Assembly (NCBI GenBank): GCA_052390515.1
Contig: JBQTGV010000218.1
Location: 1-35,044, forward strand
Reading direction: 5' to 3'
From: Candidatus Eiseniibacteriota bacterium
Lineage (GTDB): Bacteria > ARS69
DNA length: 35,044 nucleotides
The notes under the pieces were generated by a model, which worked only from the letters and a program-made list of their open reading frames with translations, had not been told where the DNA came from and did not search any database. Both the position numbers and the translations under genes were made by a program. Shown one piece after another: positions 1 through 9,627 of this stretch. The first letter of the stretch is position 1, and every line of letters starts with the position of its first letter.

Positions 1-766
1 CATCGCGCCAGAGCATCCACGCCGCTCGCAGCCACGGGTGCAGATCATCGCCCGCGCCCTCCGCCGTGCCGTCCTCCGCACGGTGGTGCCGAAGCCCCGG
101 TTCGAGGAACCCGTCCACCTCGGCGGAGACCTTCGCCACCGTGTCCCGCCAGTCGAATCCGAGGTCCCGACCGACGCGCACCATCTCGGGGCGCCAGTCG
201 GAGAGCAATCCGTCGTAGGTCACGAACGAGCGGCGCCGCCCGCGCGTGTCGCGCTCCGCGGCGAGGCAGTGCTCCAGCCAGAGCAACCGGGCCTGCTCGA
301 GGGACATGCCATCTCGCCGGGCGAGGGACGCGGCAACCTCGTGCGGATCCCGCGCGGTGAGCACGAAGCGCGGCTCCGCGCCGAGCTCGTCCAGCAGCGA
401 GAGCCACAACGGCACCAGGCGGCAGAGCCTCGGGTCCTTGACCCCCCACAGCGGCCGGGGGGCGAAGTCGCGGCGAAGCACGGCCAGCATGTCGTCGCGG
501 ACCGGCTTCGTCGCGTCGGAGAGGAGCGCCTCGGGCGGGACCGGCCGGGGGTCGTCCCACGTGCTGCCCACGGCGGCGAGGAGCCGGTCGTGCAGCACGA
601 CCAGATCGCGATGCTCCCAGAACCCCGCTTCGTTGTCTCCGCTCGGGCGGAGCAGCTTGTCGCCCAGCTCGACGCCGAGCACGTTCAGGACCCGCGCCAG
701 CGCCGAGGTCCCGCTGCGGTGCATGCCCAGGATGAGAACGGCGACGCTGTCGGGCGAACGGGACAT
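1..766 (-). CDS. Sulfotransferase family protein (partial; runs off the left edge)
   Basis: Absent from the ORF track because it has no stop in the window. Manual minus-strand translation from ATG 766 gives MSRSPDSVAVLILGMHRSGTSALARVLNVLG...DNEAGFWE...WGVKDPRLC...RDPHEVAASLARRDG. GMHRSGTS (5'-PAPS loop), KDPR and RDPxxVxxSL are sulfotransferase motifs. Confidence 0.85.
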   Translation of the reverse strand, partial: MSRSPDSVAVLILGMHRSGTSALARVLNVLGVELGDKLLRPSGDNEAGFWEHRDLVVLHDRLLAAVGSTWDDPRPVPPEALLSDATKPVRDDMLAVLRRDFAPRPLWGVKDPRLCRLVPLWLSLLDELGAEPRFVLTARDPHEVAASLARRDGMSLEQARLLWLEHCLAAERDTRGRRRSFVTYDGLLSDWRPEMVRVGRDLGFDWRDTVAKVSAEVDGFLEPGLRHHRAEDGTAEGAGDDLHPWLRAAWMLWRD

Positions 767-906
767 CGGGCTCTCCGGGTTCCGAGGGCGGTTTCCCGAA
801 CATCGGCGGTCCCTTTGCCGGTTCTGAGCTGTTTTTGCGGATGCGGAACGGATCCCGGGGAGACGGGGTTCGGGTATATTCCCGGCCCGAATCGGGAGGT
901 CCGCCG

Positions 907-1767
907 GTGCGTGTTCTCGCCCTGATCTTCGCCCTGCTCTCCGTGCGTCCGGCGCTCGCCGACGGTGAGCGGCAGACCTATTCCGGCGAGGTCGGGGATC
1001 TCGTGCTGTCGGCCATCGCCACGCACAATGCCTCGAGCGCGTTCCCGCTCCCGGAGCTCGACGGGGAGAAGCTGGACCAGCTCCTGGCCGGCGAAGTCGT
1101 CCGGATGCGCTGGAAGCAGCCCGTGACCGGCGAGGGCGGCGAGGTCGAACCGAAGGAGCGGCACCGCGTCGTCGCGCTGTACCTGATCGAGCAGCCGCGC
1201 GTGAACGTGTGGCTCTCGGCGATGGACCCGCACTTCATCGCCTCGGAGCGGGTGATCGAGGTGCGCATCGACGACGACGGCCGGGGGCGAAGCACCTGGT
1301 ACCAGCACATGGACCTGCCCTGGCCGGTGGAGAACCGGCACTGGGTCATCGACGTGCGCAAGACGCCGGACATGCACCGCGCGACGGGCGGCCTCGTCTG
1401 GGAGCAGCCCTGGTATCTCGTCGAGGACGGACAGCGTGTCGCCGAGGAGCTCGCCGCGAGCGGCCGCACCCCCGGCCTCTCCCTCGGGGACGTGAAGGAC
1501 GCGGTGTACCTCCAGGCCAACACGGGCACGTGGGCGATGTTCGCGCTGAGCCCGGACCTCACCCTGCTCACCTACCAGGTCACCGTGGTGATGGGCGGGC
1601 TGCTGCCCGAAGGTCTCACCGCGCGCTTCGCCTCCCGCGAGCTGCAGAGTCTCTGCCACATCGTGGAGCGGAACGCGCGGACCATCCCCGAGCACTACGC
1701 GGAGGGGCACGACCCGGTGATGGGCGGCGACGGGCAGTACGTGACGCCCGGGCACCTCGCGCCGTAG
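907..1767 (+). CDS. Exported START/SRPBCC-like lipid-binding domain protein
   Basis: GGGAGGT RBS at 894-900 before GTG 907. Signal peptide VRVLALIFALLSVRPALA. WYQHMDLPWPVENRHWV resembles the START-domain LPWPxxxR motif. Confidence 0.65.
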   Translation: MRVLALIFALLSVRPALADGERQTYSGEVGDLVLSAIATHNASSAFPLPELDGEKLDQLLAGEVVRMRWKQPVTGEGGEVEPKERHRVVALYLIEQPRVNVWLSAMDPHFIASERVIEVRIDDDGRGRSTWYQHMDLPWPVENRHWVIDVRKTPDMHRATGGLVWEQPWYLVEDGQRVAEELAASGRTPGLSLGDVKDAVYLQANTGTWAMFALSPDLTLLTYQVTVVMGGLLPEGLTARFASRELQSLCHIVERNARTIPEHYAEGHDPVMGGDGQYVTPGHLAP

Positions 1768-1784
1768 CGCCGCCGGGACCCGCG

Positions 1785-2738
1785 TTGCCGCGCACCGCGC
1801 TCCTCGCCGACGCCCGCTTCCGCCAGCACGAGAATCCGCGCGGCCACCCCGAGCGCGTCGCGCGCATCGAGACGCTGCTGTCGCTCGCGGACGAACCGGG
1901 ACGCGCGGACGTGCTTCGCGTCACGCCGCGAGCCGCGTCGGTCGAAGAGCTCAGCGCGGTGCACACGCCGCGCCACGTCGAGCGCGTTGCGGCGTCTGCC
2001 GGCCGCGAGCGTACGGTGTTCGACGCGGACACGACCGCGACGGCCCTCTCGTACGAGACGGCGCGCCTCGCCGTCGGCGGGGTGCTGGAGGTGATCGACG
2101 CGGTCGTCGACCGCCGCGCCGAAAACGGCTTCGCCTTCGTCCGTCCGCCGGGGCATCACGCCGAGTCCGACCGCGTGATGGGCTTCTGCCTGTTCAACAA
2201 CGTCGCGCTGGGCGCGGCGCACTTGCGCCGGACCCACGGCGTGGGTCGGGTGCTGATCCTCGACTGGGACGTGCACCACGGCAACGGCACACAGGAGATC
2301 TTCTACAGCGACGCCGACGTGATGTTCGTTTCATTGCACCAGTACCCGCTGTATCCGGGAACCGGCGCCGCCAGCGAACGCGGCGAAGGTCCCGGCGAAG
2401 GCGCGACACTCAACGTGCCGCTCTCCGCCGGCGGCGGCGACGCCGTGTACGCGGAGGCGATGCGCGCGCTCGTCGTGCCGGCGCTCCGGCGTTTCGCGCC
2501 GGAGTTCGTGCTCGTGTCCGCCGGATTCGACGCGCACCGGGACGACCCGCTGGCGAACATGAACGTGACGGAGAAGGGGTTCGCCGACCTCGCGCGCCGG
2601 GTGATGGACGTGGCCGCCGACTGCTGCGACGGGCGGCTGGTTCTTACACTCGAGGGAGGCTACGCTCTCGGGGCGCTGCGCTCCTCGGCGGCGGCGGTGC
2701 TGCAAGAGCTCGGCGTGACGGCGAAGGAGGGCCCATGA
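1785..2738 (+). CDS. Histone deacetylase family (AcuC/AphA-like) Zn-dependent deacetylase
   Basis: HPE.xxR, RPPGHHAE, GFCLFNN, DWDVHHGNGTQ, SLHQYPLYPGTG, SAGFDAH..D and LEGGY motifs. The TTG 1785 start is approximate. Confidence 0.93.
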   Translation: MPRTALLADARFRQHENPRGHPERVARIETLLSLADEPGRADVLRVTPRAASVEELSAVHTPRHVERVAASAGRERTVFDADTTATALSYETARLAVGGVLEVIDAVVDRRAENGFAFVRPPGHHAESDRVMGFCLFNNVALGAAHLRRTHGVGRVLILDWDVHHGNGTQEIFYSDADVMFVSLHQYPLYPGTGAASERGEGPGEGATLNVPLSAGGGDAVYAEAMRALVVPALRRFAPEFVLVSAGFDAHRDDPLANMNVTEKGFADLARRVMDVAADCCDGRLVLTLEGGYALGALRSSAAAVLQELGVTAKEGP

Positions 2739-3016
2739 AGCGCCCGGTCAAGCACCTGGACATCCGCGTGCTGGGTCGCGTGCAGGGAGTCTTCTTCCGC
2801 GCCACCACGCGGGAGGCGGCGCTCGCGCTCGGCGTCCGCGGAACGGTCCGCAACGAGCCGGACGGCTCGGTTCTCATCGAGGCCGAGGGGGACGACGAGA
2901 GTCTGGACCGCTTCCTCGAGCGGGTCCGCCAGGGCCCGCCCGGGTCCCGGGTCGTGAGCTTGGACATCCGGGAGGGCGGCCCCCGGGGCTGCTCGGGGTT
3001 CGAGATCGTCGGCTGA
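2735..3016 (+). CDS. acyP: Acylphosphatase
   Basis: GRVQGVFFR, GTVRNEPDGSV and GPPGSRV motifs; 93 aa; AAGGAGG RBS and ATGA overlap with the deacetylase stop. Confidence 0.95.
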   Translation: MKRPVKHLDIRVLGRVQGVFFRATTREAALALGVRGTVRNEPDGSVLIEAEGDDESLDRFLERVRQGPPGSRVVSLDIREGGPRGCSGFEIVG

Positions 3017-3071
3017 TCGCCGCCGCGAACCGTAAACGGGTGTAAAGGCGGTGCCCTTCGCCCCTTGCCTC

Positions 3072-3100
3072 TTGCTCCGCTCCGGCGGCGCTGGCATAGT
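3072..3100 (+). promoter_or_regulatory. Putative sigma70 promoter for the M16 peptidase operon
   Basis: TTGCTC (3072-3077), 17-nt spacer, CATAGT (3095-3100) with extended -10 TG at 3092-3093, about 100 nt upstream of ATG 3201. Confidence 0.45.
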
Positions 3101-3200
3101 CCGGCGCAAGTCCGTTCGCAGCTTGGAATTCCCGCTGGCGCGCGCACCCCCCGCGCAGATTCGTAGAGCCGTCAGGCACGCGTCCTCGCAAAGGAGAAAC

Positions 3201-5954
3201 ATGAACCGCCGTCTCGTGCGCGTCTCGCTCGGTCTCGGCCTCGTCGCCGCGATCGGCGTGCCCGCGCTCGCCGTGGATATCCCGGAGATCCGTCACGAGT
3301 TCTATCAGCTCGACAACGGGCTCGAAGTGATCCTGCACGAGGACCACTCTACCCCGATCGTCGGCGTGAACATCTGGTACCACGTCGGTTCCAAGAACGA
3401 GCGCCCGCGTCGCAGCGGCTTCGCGCACCTCTTCGAGCACATGATGTTCCAGGGGTCCAAGCACCACGACGGCGAGTTCTTCGGGCCGATCCAGAGCGTC
3501 GGGGGCACCCTGAACGGCTCCACCAGCGAGGACCGCACGAACTACTGGGAGATCGTGCCGTCCAACCAGCTCGAGCGCGTGCTCCTCCTCGAGGCCGACC
3601 GGATGGGCCATCTGCTCCCGGCGATGACCGAGGAGAAGTTCGCCAACCAGCAGGACGTGGTGCGGAACGAGCGGCGCGAGAGCGAGGGCCGCCCCTACTC
3701 CGTCTTCTGGCTGAACTTCAACGAGCTCTTCTATCCCGCCGGACACCCCTACGACCACTCCGTGATCGGTATCCACGAGGACCTCGAGGCGGCCACGCTC
3801 GAGGACGTGAAGGACTTCTTCCGCACGTACTACACGCCGAACAACGCCACGCTCTCGATCTCGGGTGACTTCGATCCGCAACAGGCCAAGGAGTGGATCG
3901 CGGAGTACTTCGAGCCGATCGCGCCGGGACCGCCGGTGCAGGAGGTCCGCTCGTGGGTGCCCGTGCTCGCCGCCGACAAGCGCGTCCGCTCCGAGGACGA
4001 CGTGCAGCTCACGCGCCTCTACTTCGCTTGGCACACTCCGCCCGCCTTCGCCGCCGGTGACGCCGACCTGAGCCTCGCCGGGAGGATCCTCGGCGCCGGC
4101 TCGACCAGCCGTCTCTACCGGCGTCTGGTGCACGAGGAGAAGATCGCGCAGGAGGTGGGCGCATATCAGGAAGCCTCGCAGGTCAGCTCCGCGTTCATCG
4201 CCGAGATCACGCTGCGCCCCGGAGTCGATGCGCGGCGCGCGGAGCAGATCTTCAACGAGGAGATCGAGCGCTTCGCCGAGGACGGCCCCACCGAAGAGGA
4301 GCTGGACCGCGCCAAGTCCGTGTTCGAGGCCGGCTTCGTCAAGGGCGTGCAGACCATCGGGGGCTGGGGTGGGCGAAACGACCGGCTGAACCGTTACAAC
4401 CACTACGTGGGCACGCCGGACTACTTCCGGCAGGACTACGAGCGCTACATGAGCTGCACGACGGAGAGCGTGCGCGAAACCTTCGCGGAGTGGACGGGCC
4501 ACGGTCGCATGATCTACGAGATCGTGCCGTTCGGAACGCTCGCCGGTGACGAGACGGCCTCGGTCGACTACGCGAAGCTGCCCGACGGCGGCGAGTCGCC
4601 GCATCTGGCCTATCCCGAGATCGATCGGCGCGCGCTGGCCAGCGGCCTGCAGCTCGCCGTGCTCGAGCACCACGAGCTGCCGCTGGTGCGCGTGAACCTG
4701 GTGTTCCACACCGGCTCGGCCAGCGACCCGGCGGATCTCGAGGGACTGGCGAGCCTCACCGGCGACATGCTCCTCGAGGGCACCACCCGCCGCGACAAGT
4801 TCGCCTTCGCCAGCGAGCTCGAAGCGCTCGGCACGGACCTGGGCGTGTGGTCGGCGGCGGACTACACGACTCTATGGATGACGACGCTGCGCAAGAACCT
4901 GGACGCCTCCATGGGCCTACTGGCCGAGGCGCTGCTGCAGCCGGCCTTCCCTCCCGCGGAGCTGGCCGATCAGAAGGAGCGGCGGATCAACGACATTCGC
5001 CGCGAGAAGGACGATCCCGTCACGATCTCCACCAAGGTCACCTCGCGGCTGCTGTACGGGGAAGGGCATCCGTACGCGCGCACCGGCACCGGCACCGAGG
5101 AGTCGATGCAGGCCGTCGACCTCGCTGCGGTGAAGGATCATGCGTCCGCGCACTTCACGCCGGGCAACGCGACGTTCGTCGCGGTCGGCGACGTCACCGC
5201 CGACGAGATGGAGAAGTCGATCGCGCGCTACCTCGGCAAGTGGAGCGGCGCGGCACCGGTCCGGCCGGAGATCCCGCCCGTTCCGAAGCGCTCCGGACGA
5301 GTCGTGTACCTGGTCGACAAGCCGGGCGACACGCAGTCGACGGTGTCGATCGCCCACCCGGGCCTCGCGCGCAACGACCCGAACTGGGAGAAGGTCTTCG
5401 TGGTGAATCGCGTGCTGGGAGGGTATTTCTCCAGCCGCCTCAACCTGAACCTCCGCGAGGACAAGGGCTACACCTACGGAGCCCGCTGCTCGACCTGGGA
5501 GCGCAAGGGCGGCGGCGTGTTCGCCATGGGCGGACGCGTGCAGACCGAGGTGACGGGCCCGGCGCTGGTCGAGTTCCTGAAGGAGTTCGAGGGCGCCGAC
5601 GGCAAGCGGCCCATCCAGAAGAAGGAGCTGGACTCGGCGAAGGGCTCGATCCTGCTGGGCTACGCCCGCGAGTTCGAGACGATCGGCGAGCTGGCCAACG
5701 CGGTGGCCACGCAGGTGGCCTACGACCTGCCGCCGGACCAGTTCGCGCGCTACTCTCGCGAGGTCGAGTCGGTCGACCTGGCCGGCGCCAACGCGACGGC
5801 CGCTTCGTACCTCGATCCGCAGAACCTGGCCATCATCGTCGTCGGCGACGTGGCGAAGATCGAGGACTCGGTCCGCAAGCTGAACCTCGGTCCGATCCGC
5901 TACGCGGACAGGGACGGCGTCGTGCAGGCGGAGCGCGAGCTCTCCAGCCGATGA
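3201..5954 (+). CDS. Exported M16 (pitrilysin/insulinase) zinc peptidase with two fused halves
   Basis: AAGGAG RBS; signal peptide MNRRLVRVSLGLGLVAAIGVPALA; GFAHLFEHMMF (HxxEH); NGST..DRTNY; non-catalytic C-half with SRLNLNLREDKGYTYG. Confidence 0.95.
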   Translation: MNRRLVRVSLGLGLVAAIGVPALAVDIPEIRHEFYQLDNGLEVILHEDHSTPIVGVNIWYHVGSKNERPRRSGFAHLFEHMMFQGSKHHDGEFFGPIQSVGGTLNGSTSEDRTNYWEIVPSNQLERVLLLEADRMGHLLPAMTEEKFANQQDVVRNERRESEGRPYSVFWLNFNELFYPAGHPYDHSVIGIHEDLEAATLEDVKDFFRTYYTPNNATLSISGDFDPQQAKEWIAEYFEPIAPGPPVQEVRSWVPVLAADKRVRSEDDVQLTRLYFAWHTPPAFAAGDADLSLAGRILGAGSTSRLYRRLVHEEKIAQEVGAYQEASQVSSAFIAEITLRPGVDARRAEQIFNEEIERFAEDGPTEEELDRAKSVFEAGFVKGVQTIGGWGGRNDRLNRYNHYVGTPDYFRQDYERYMSCTTESVRETFAEWTGHGRMIYEIVPFGTLAGDETASVDYAKLPDGGESPHLAYPEIDRRALASGLQLAVLEHHELPLVRVNLVFHTGSASDPADLEGLASLTGDMLLEGTTRRDKFAFASELEALGTDLGVWSAADYTTLWMTTLRKNLDASMGLLAEALLQPAFPPAELADQKERRINDIRREKDDPVTISTKVTSRLLYGEGHPYARTGTGTEESMQAVDLAAVKDHASAHFTPGNATFVAVGDVTADEMEKSIARYLGKWSGAAPVRPEIPPVPKRSGRVVYLVDKPGDTQSTVSIAHPGLARNDPNWEKVFVVNRVLGGYFSSRLNLNLREDKGYTYGARCSTWERKGGGVFAMGGRVQTEVTGPALVEFLKEFEGADGKRPIQKKELDSAKGSILLGYAREFETIGELANAVATQVAYDLPPDQFARYSREVESVDLAGANATAASYLDPQNLAIIVVGDVAKIEDSVRKLNLGPIRYADRDGVVQAERELSSR

Positions 5955-6931
5955 GCCGTGAGAAGGAACTGGCGGTCGCTCTCGACGCGGTGAGAGCGGC
6001 CGCCCTTCTCTGCGAGGACGTCCGCCGCGAGATGGTCGGCGAAGCGCTGGAAAAGAGCGACAAGAGCCCGGTGACCGTGGCCGACTTCGGCGCGCAGGCG
6101 CTGATCTGCCGCGCCCTGGCCGAGGCCTTCCCGCAGGACCCCGTCGTCGGGGAAGAGGACGCCGACGCGTTGCGTGCCGCGGAGGGTGCCCCGATGCGCT
6201 CGCGGGTCACCGCGTTCGTGTCCAGGCGGTCTCCCGGCGCCCGCGACGGGGACGTGCTCGACTGGATCGACCACGGCGGCGGCGAGGTCACCGGGCGCTA
6301 CTGGACCCTCGATCCCATCGACGGCACCAAGGGATTCCTCCGCGGCGACCAGTACGCGGTGGCGCTGGCCCTGGTGGAGGACGGGGACCTCAAGGTCGCC
6401 GTGCTGGGCTGCCCGTACCTGCCGGTGCGCAGCGACGCCACCGACGGAGAGCGCGGCGTCGTGTTCTCCGGCGTCCGCGGGCGGGGCGCGTCCGCGGCGA
6501 AGCTCTCCGGCGGCCCCTCGGGGCCCATCCGGGTCTCCGACGGAGCGAACCCCGCCCTCATGCGCATGGTGGAGAGCGTCGAGTCGGGCCACGCGAACCA
6601 CACGCTGCAGGAGGACGTCGCTCGGCGGGTCGGCCTGGTGAGCGCCCCGGTGCGCATGGACAGCCAGGCCAAGTACGGCGCCGTGGCCCGCGGTCAGGCC
6701 GCGCTCTACCTTCGCCTGCCCTCGCCGAAGACGCCCGACTACCGCGAGAACATCTGGGACCACGCCGCCGGAGCGCTCGTGGTGGAGGAGGCCGGGGGCC
6801 AGGTCACCGACGTGCGGGGGAATGCTCTCGACTTCGCCAGCGGGCGCAGGATGGTGGATAATCGCGGCGTCGTCGTATCCAACGGCCGGATCCACGACGG
6901 GGTGCTCGAGGTGCTCGCGGCCGTCTTCTGA
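5951..6931 (+). CDS. 3'(2'),5'-bisphosphate nucleotidase, HAL2/SAL1 type (inositol monophosphatase superfamily)
   Basis: KSDKSPVTVADFGAQA, VGEEDA, WTLDPIDGTKGFLRGDQYAVALAL, ESVESGH, MDSQAKY and YRENIWDHAAG motifs. ATGA overlap with the peptidase stop. Confidence 0.93.
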   Translation: MSREKELAVALDAVRAAALLCEDVRREMVGEALEKSDKSPVTVADFGAQALICRALAEAFPQDPVVGEEDADALRAAEGAPMRSRVTAFVSRRSPGARDGDVLDWIDHGGGEVTGRYWTLDPIDGTKGFLRGDQYAVALALVEDGDLKVAVLGCPYLPVRSDATDGERGVVFSGVRGRGASAAKLSGGPSGPIRVSDGANPALMRMVESVESGHANHTLQEDVARRVGLVSAPVRMDSQAKYGAVARGQAALYLRLPSPKTPDYRENIWDHAAGALVVEEAGGQVTDVRGNALDFASGRRMVDNRGVVVSNGRIHDGVLEVLAAVF

Positions 6932-6952
6932 AGCCAGCGCGGGGAGGCGGAC

Positions 6953-8350
6953 GTGGGCAGCGCGTTCGACGGACTCGCCCGGCGTCTCCCCCAAGACCGA
7001 GTCATCACCGATCCCTCCGAGCTCGCCGTCTACGAGTGCGACGCGCTCCCGGTGCACCGGCACGCGCCGGACGCCGTCGTGCTGTGCCACTCCCGCGAGG
7101 AGGTGATCGAGTGCGTGCGCTGGTGCGCGGAGCACGGCATCCCCTTCGTGCCACGGGGTGCGGGCACCGGGCTCTCCGGCGGCGCCACGGCGATCCACGG
7201 CGGACTCGTCCTCGACCTCAACCGCATGAACCGCATCCTGCGCATCGACGCGGAGAACCGCTTCGCCGTGGTCGAGCCGGGAGTGATCAACGTGCGGCTC
7301 ACCGAGGCTGCGGCCGAGCACGGGCTGCACTACGCACCCGATCCGTCGAGCCAGACGGCCTGCACGATCGGCGGCAACGTCGCCGAGAACTCCGGCGGTC
7401 CGCACTGCCTCAAGTACGGCGTCACCTCGGACCACACCCTGGGTCTCGAAGTGGTCCTGCCCGACGGGTCCGTCGCGCGGCTCGGCGGTCCGGTGGCCCA
7501 GGCCCCCGGGCTCGACCTCGTCGGGCTCTTCGTGGGATCCGAGGGCACCTTCGGCGTCGTGACCGAGGTCACCGTGCGGCTCACCCCGACGCCGGAGGCG
7601 GTGCGCACGTTCCTGGCCATCTTCGACTCGATGGCGCTGGCCTGCCGCACGGTCACCGAGATCACTCGTGCGGGCATCCTGCCGGTGGCCCTCGAGATCC
7701 TGGACCGCCGCACGATCCGCGCCGTGGAGGCCTCGGTCTACGCAGCGGGGTACCCGGAGAACGCCGACGCGGTGCTGCTGATCGAGCTCGACGGGTTCGC
7801 CGCGGGCATGGACGACGACGAGGAGGCCGTCACCCGGATCGTCCGCGCGCACGGGCCGATCGCCTTCCGCTCCGCCCGCGATCCCGTGGAGCGGATGAAA
7901 CTATGGAAAGGGCGCAAGGGCGCGTTCGGGGCGATGGGCCGCGTGGACACCGACCTCTACGTGCTGGACGGCGTCGTCCCGCGGACCGCGCTCGAGTCCA
8001 CGCTGACGAAGGTCTACGAGATCGCCGACCGCCACGGCGTCCGCGTCTCCAACGTCTTCCACGCCGGCGACGGCAACCTGCATCCGAACATCTCCTACGA
8101 CGGCCGCGACGCGGACGAGACCGCGCGCGTGCTGGCCGCGGGTCGGGAGATGCTCGAGGCCTGCGTGGCCGCGGGCGGGAGCATCTCCGGGGAGCACGGC
8201 ATCGGCACGGAGAAGCGCGAGTTCATGTCGTTGCTCTTCGATGAGGGCGATCTCGAGCTGTTCGAGTCGGTGCGGCGCGCGATCGATCCCTCCGGCCTCT
8301 CCAATCCCGGCAAGGTGCTTCCCGGCGGGAGCGGGGAGGGCAGGTCGTGA
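6953..8350 (+). CDS. glcD: FAD-linked oxidase, glycolate oxidase subunit GlcD-like
   Basis: PRGAGTGLSGG, YAPDPSSQTACTIGGNVAENSGGPHCLKYG, GSEGTFG, FHAGDGNLHP and SGEHGIG motifs. Confidence 0.88.
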   Translation: MGSAFDGLARRLPQDRVITDPSELAVYECDALPVHRHAPDAVVLCHSREEVIECVRWCAEHGIPFVPRGAGTGLSGGATAIHGGLVLDLNRMNRILRIDAENRFAVVEPGVINVRLTEAAAEHGLHYAPDPSSQTACTIGGNVAENSGGPHCLKYGVTSDHTLGLEVVLPDGSVARLGGPVAQAPGLDLVGLFVGSEGTFGVVTEVTVRLTPTPEAVRTFLAIFDSMALACRTVTEITRAGILPVALEILDRRTIRAVEASVYAAGYPENADAVLLIELDGFAAGMDDDEEAVTRIVRAHGPIAFRSARDPVERMKLWKGRKGAFGAMGRVDTDLYVLDGVVPRTALESTLTKVYEIADRHGVRVSNVFHAGDGNLHPNISYDGRDADETARVLAAGREMLEACVAAGGSISGEHGIGTEKREFMSLLFDEGDLELFESVRRAIDPSGLSNPGKVLPGGSGEGRS

Positions 8351-9627
8351 CCCGGCGCGAACTCTCCGCGCAGGAGGCCGCCTTCCACGGTGCCGGACGC
8401 GAGGTGCTGGCGCCGGCGGACACGGCCGAGCTCGCCGCCGTCGTGCGGGAGACGGAAGCCCGGGGCGGGACGCTCGTTCCGGTGGGAGCCGGGGCGCATT
8501 CCGTGCTGATCGATCCCCTGCCGGACGACGCGGTGCTCGTGTCGGTCGCCGGGATCTCCGGCATCGCGGCGTACGAGCCGGACGACTTCACGATCGGCGT
8601 CCTCGCCGGGACTCCCCTCTCGACGCTCCGCGAGACGCTCGCCGAGCATCGTCAGGAGATCCCCTTCGACGCGCCGTCGAGCGCGCGAGGCACGGCCGGC
8701 GGCCTCGTGGCGCGCGCGCCCGCCTCGCCACGGCAGGGCCGCTACGGCGTGCTCGGCTCCTGCCTGCTCGGCCTCGAGGGGCTTCGTGCGGGCGGGCGGT
8801 CCTTCCGGTCCGGCGGGATGGTGGTGAAGGACGTGGCGGGCTACCAGCTGCACAAGTTCCTGGTCGGCTCGCTCGGATCCGCGGCCTTCCTCCTGCGGGT
8901 GAACTTCCGCCTCCGGCCGATTCCCGCGCGGCGCCGGCTCTTCCGCGCCCGCTTCGCCGAGGAGTCCGATGCCTGGAGCTGGGCGTCCACTCTCGCGGCG
9001 AGCGGACGGGAGCCCGCGGCAATCGCCGTACTGGAGGGCGAATGCCTGCCGCCCGGCGCGCACGGGGGAGCCATGACCTGCTGGCTCTTCGAGGGCGGCG
9101 CCGCCACCGTCGACTGGCAGGCGGGAAGCGTGGCGTCGATGCGCCCGCCGGGAGAAGCGGAGTCCTCCGAGGGCGACGACGGCGAGGCCGCGCGCTTCCT
9201 GGAGACACTCGCCGGGCTCGCCGAAGCGGGAAGCGGGATCCCCGACTCGCTCGGCATCGTTCGGATCGCCGTGCTGCCCTCGGCTCTCGCCGGAACCGCG
9301 GCCCTGGTGCGCGACTCCTTCCGCGAACGCCTCGGCTTCGCCGCCGGGCTCTACGGCGATCCGGCCACCGGGCTCCTCACCCTGCGCTGGTCCGGACCCG
9401 CCGAGTCGATCGACGCGCCGGTCAAGTCGATCCGGCAGATCGTCCGCTCCCGCGACGGCGTTGCGAAGCTGCTGTACCTCCCGCCGGAGGCGCGCGCGCG
9501 CTTCCGCCATCGCCTCACCGGCGACCCGAACGTCGCGCTCACCGAGTCCGTGCTGCGCGCGTTCGATCCCCACGGGACCTTCGCCCGGCGGCGATCCCCC
9601 GCGTCCGTGGTGGAGACCGAGGCGTGA
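8347..9627 (+). CDS. glcE: FAD-binding oxidoreductase, GlcE-like
   Basis: YEPDDFTI, GTAGGLVA, GGMVVKDVAGYQLHKFLVGSLGS and AFDPHG motifs; lies between glcD and glcF with GTGA overlaps. Confidence 0.82.
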   Translation: MTRRELSAQEAAFHGAGREVLAPADTAELAAVVRETEARGGTLVPVGAGAHSVLIDPLPDDAVLVSVAGISGIAAYEPDDFTIGVLAGTPLSTLRETLAEHRQEIPFDAPSSARGTAGGLVARAPASPRQGRYGVLGSCLLGLEGLRAGGRSFRSGGMVVKDVAGYQLHKFLVGSLGSAAFLLRVNFRLRPIPARRRLFRARFAEESDAWSWASTLAASGREPAAIAVLEGECLPPGAHGGAMTCWLFEGGAATVDWQAGSVASMRPPGEAESSEGDDGEAARFLETLAGLAEAGSGIPDSLGIVRIAVLPSALAGTAALVRDSFRERLGFAAGLYGDPATGLLTLRWSGPAESIDAPVKSIRQIVRSRDGVAKLLYLPPEARARFRHRLTGDPNVALTESVLRAFDPHGTFARRRSPASVVETEA

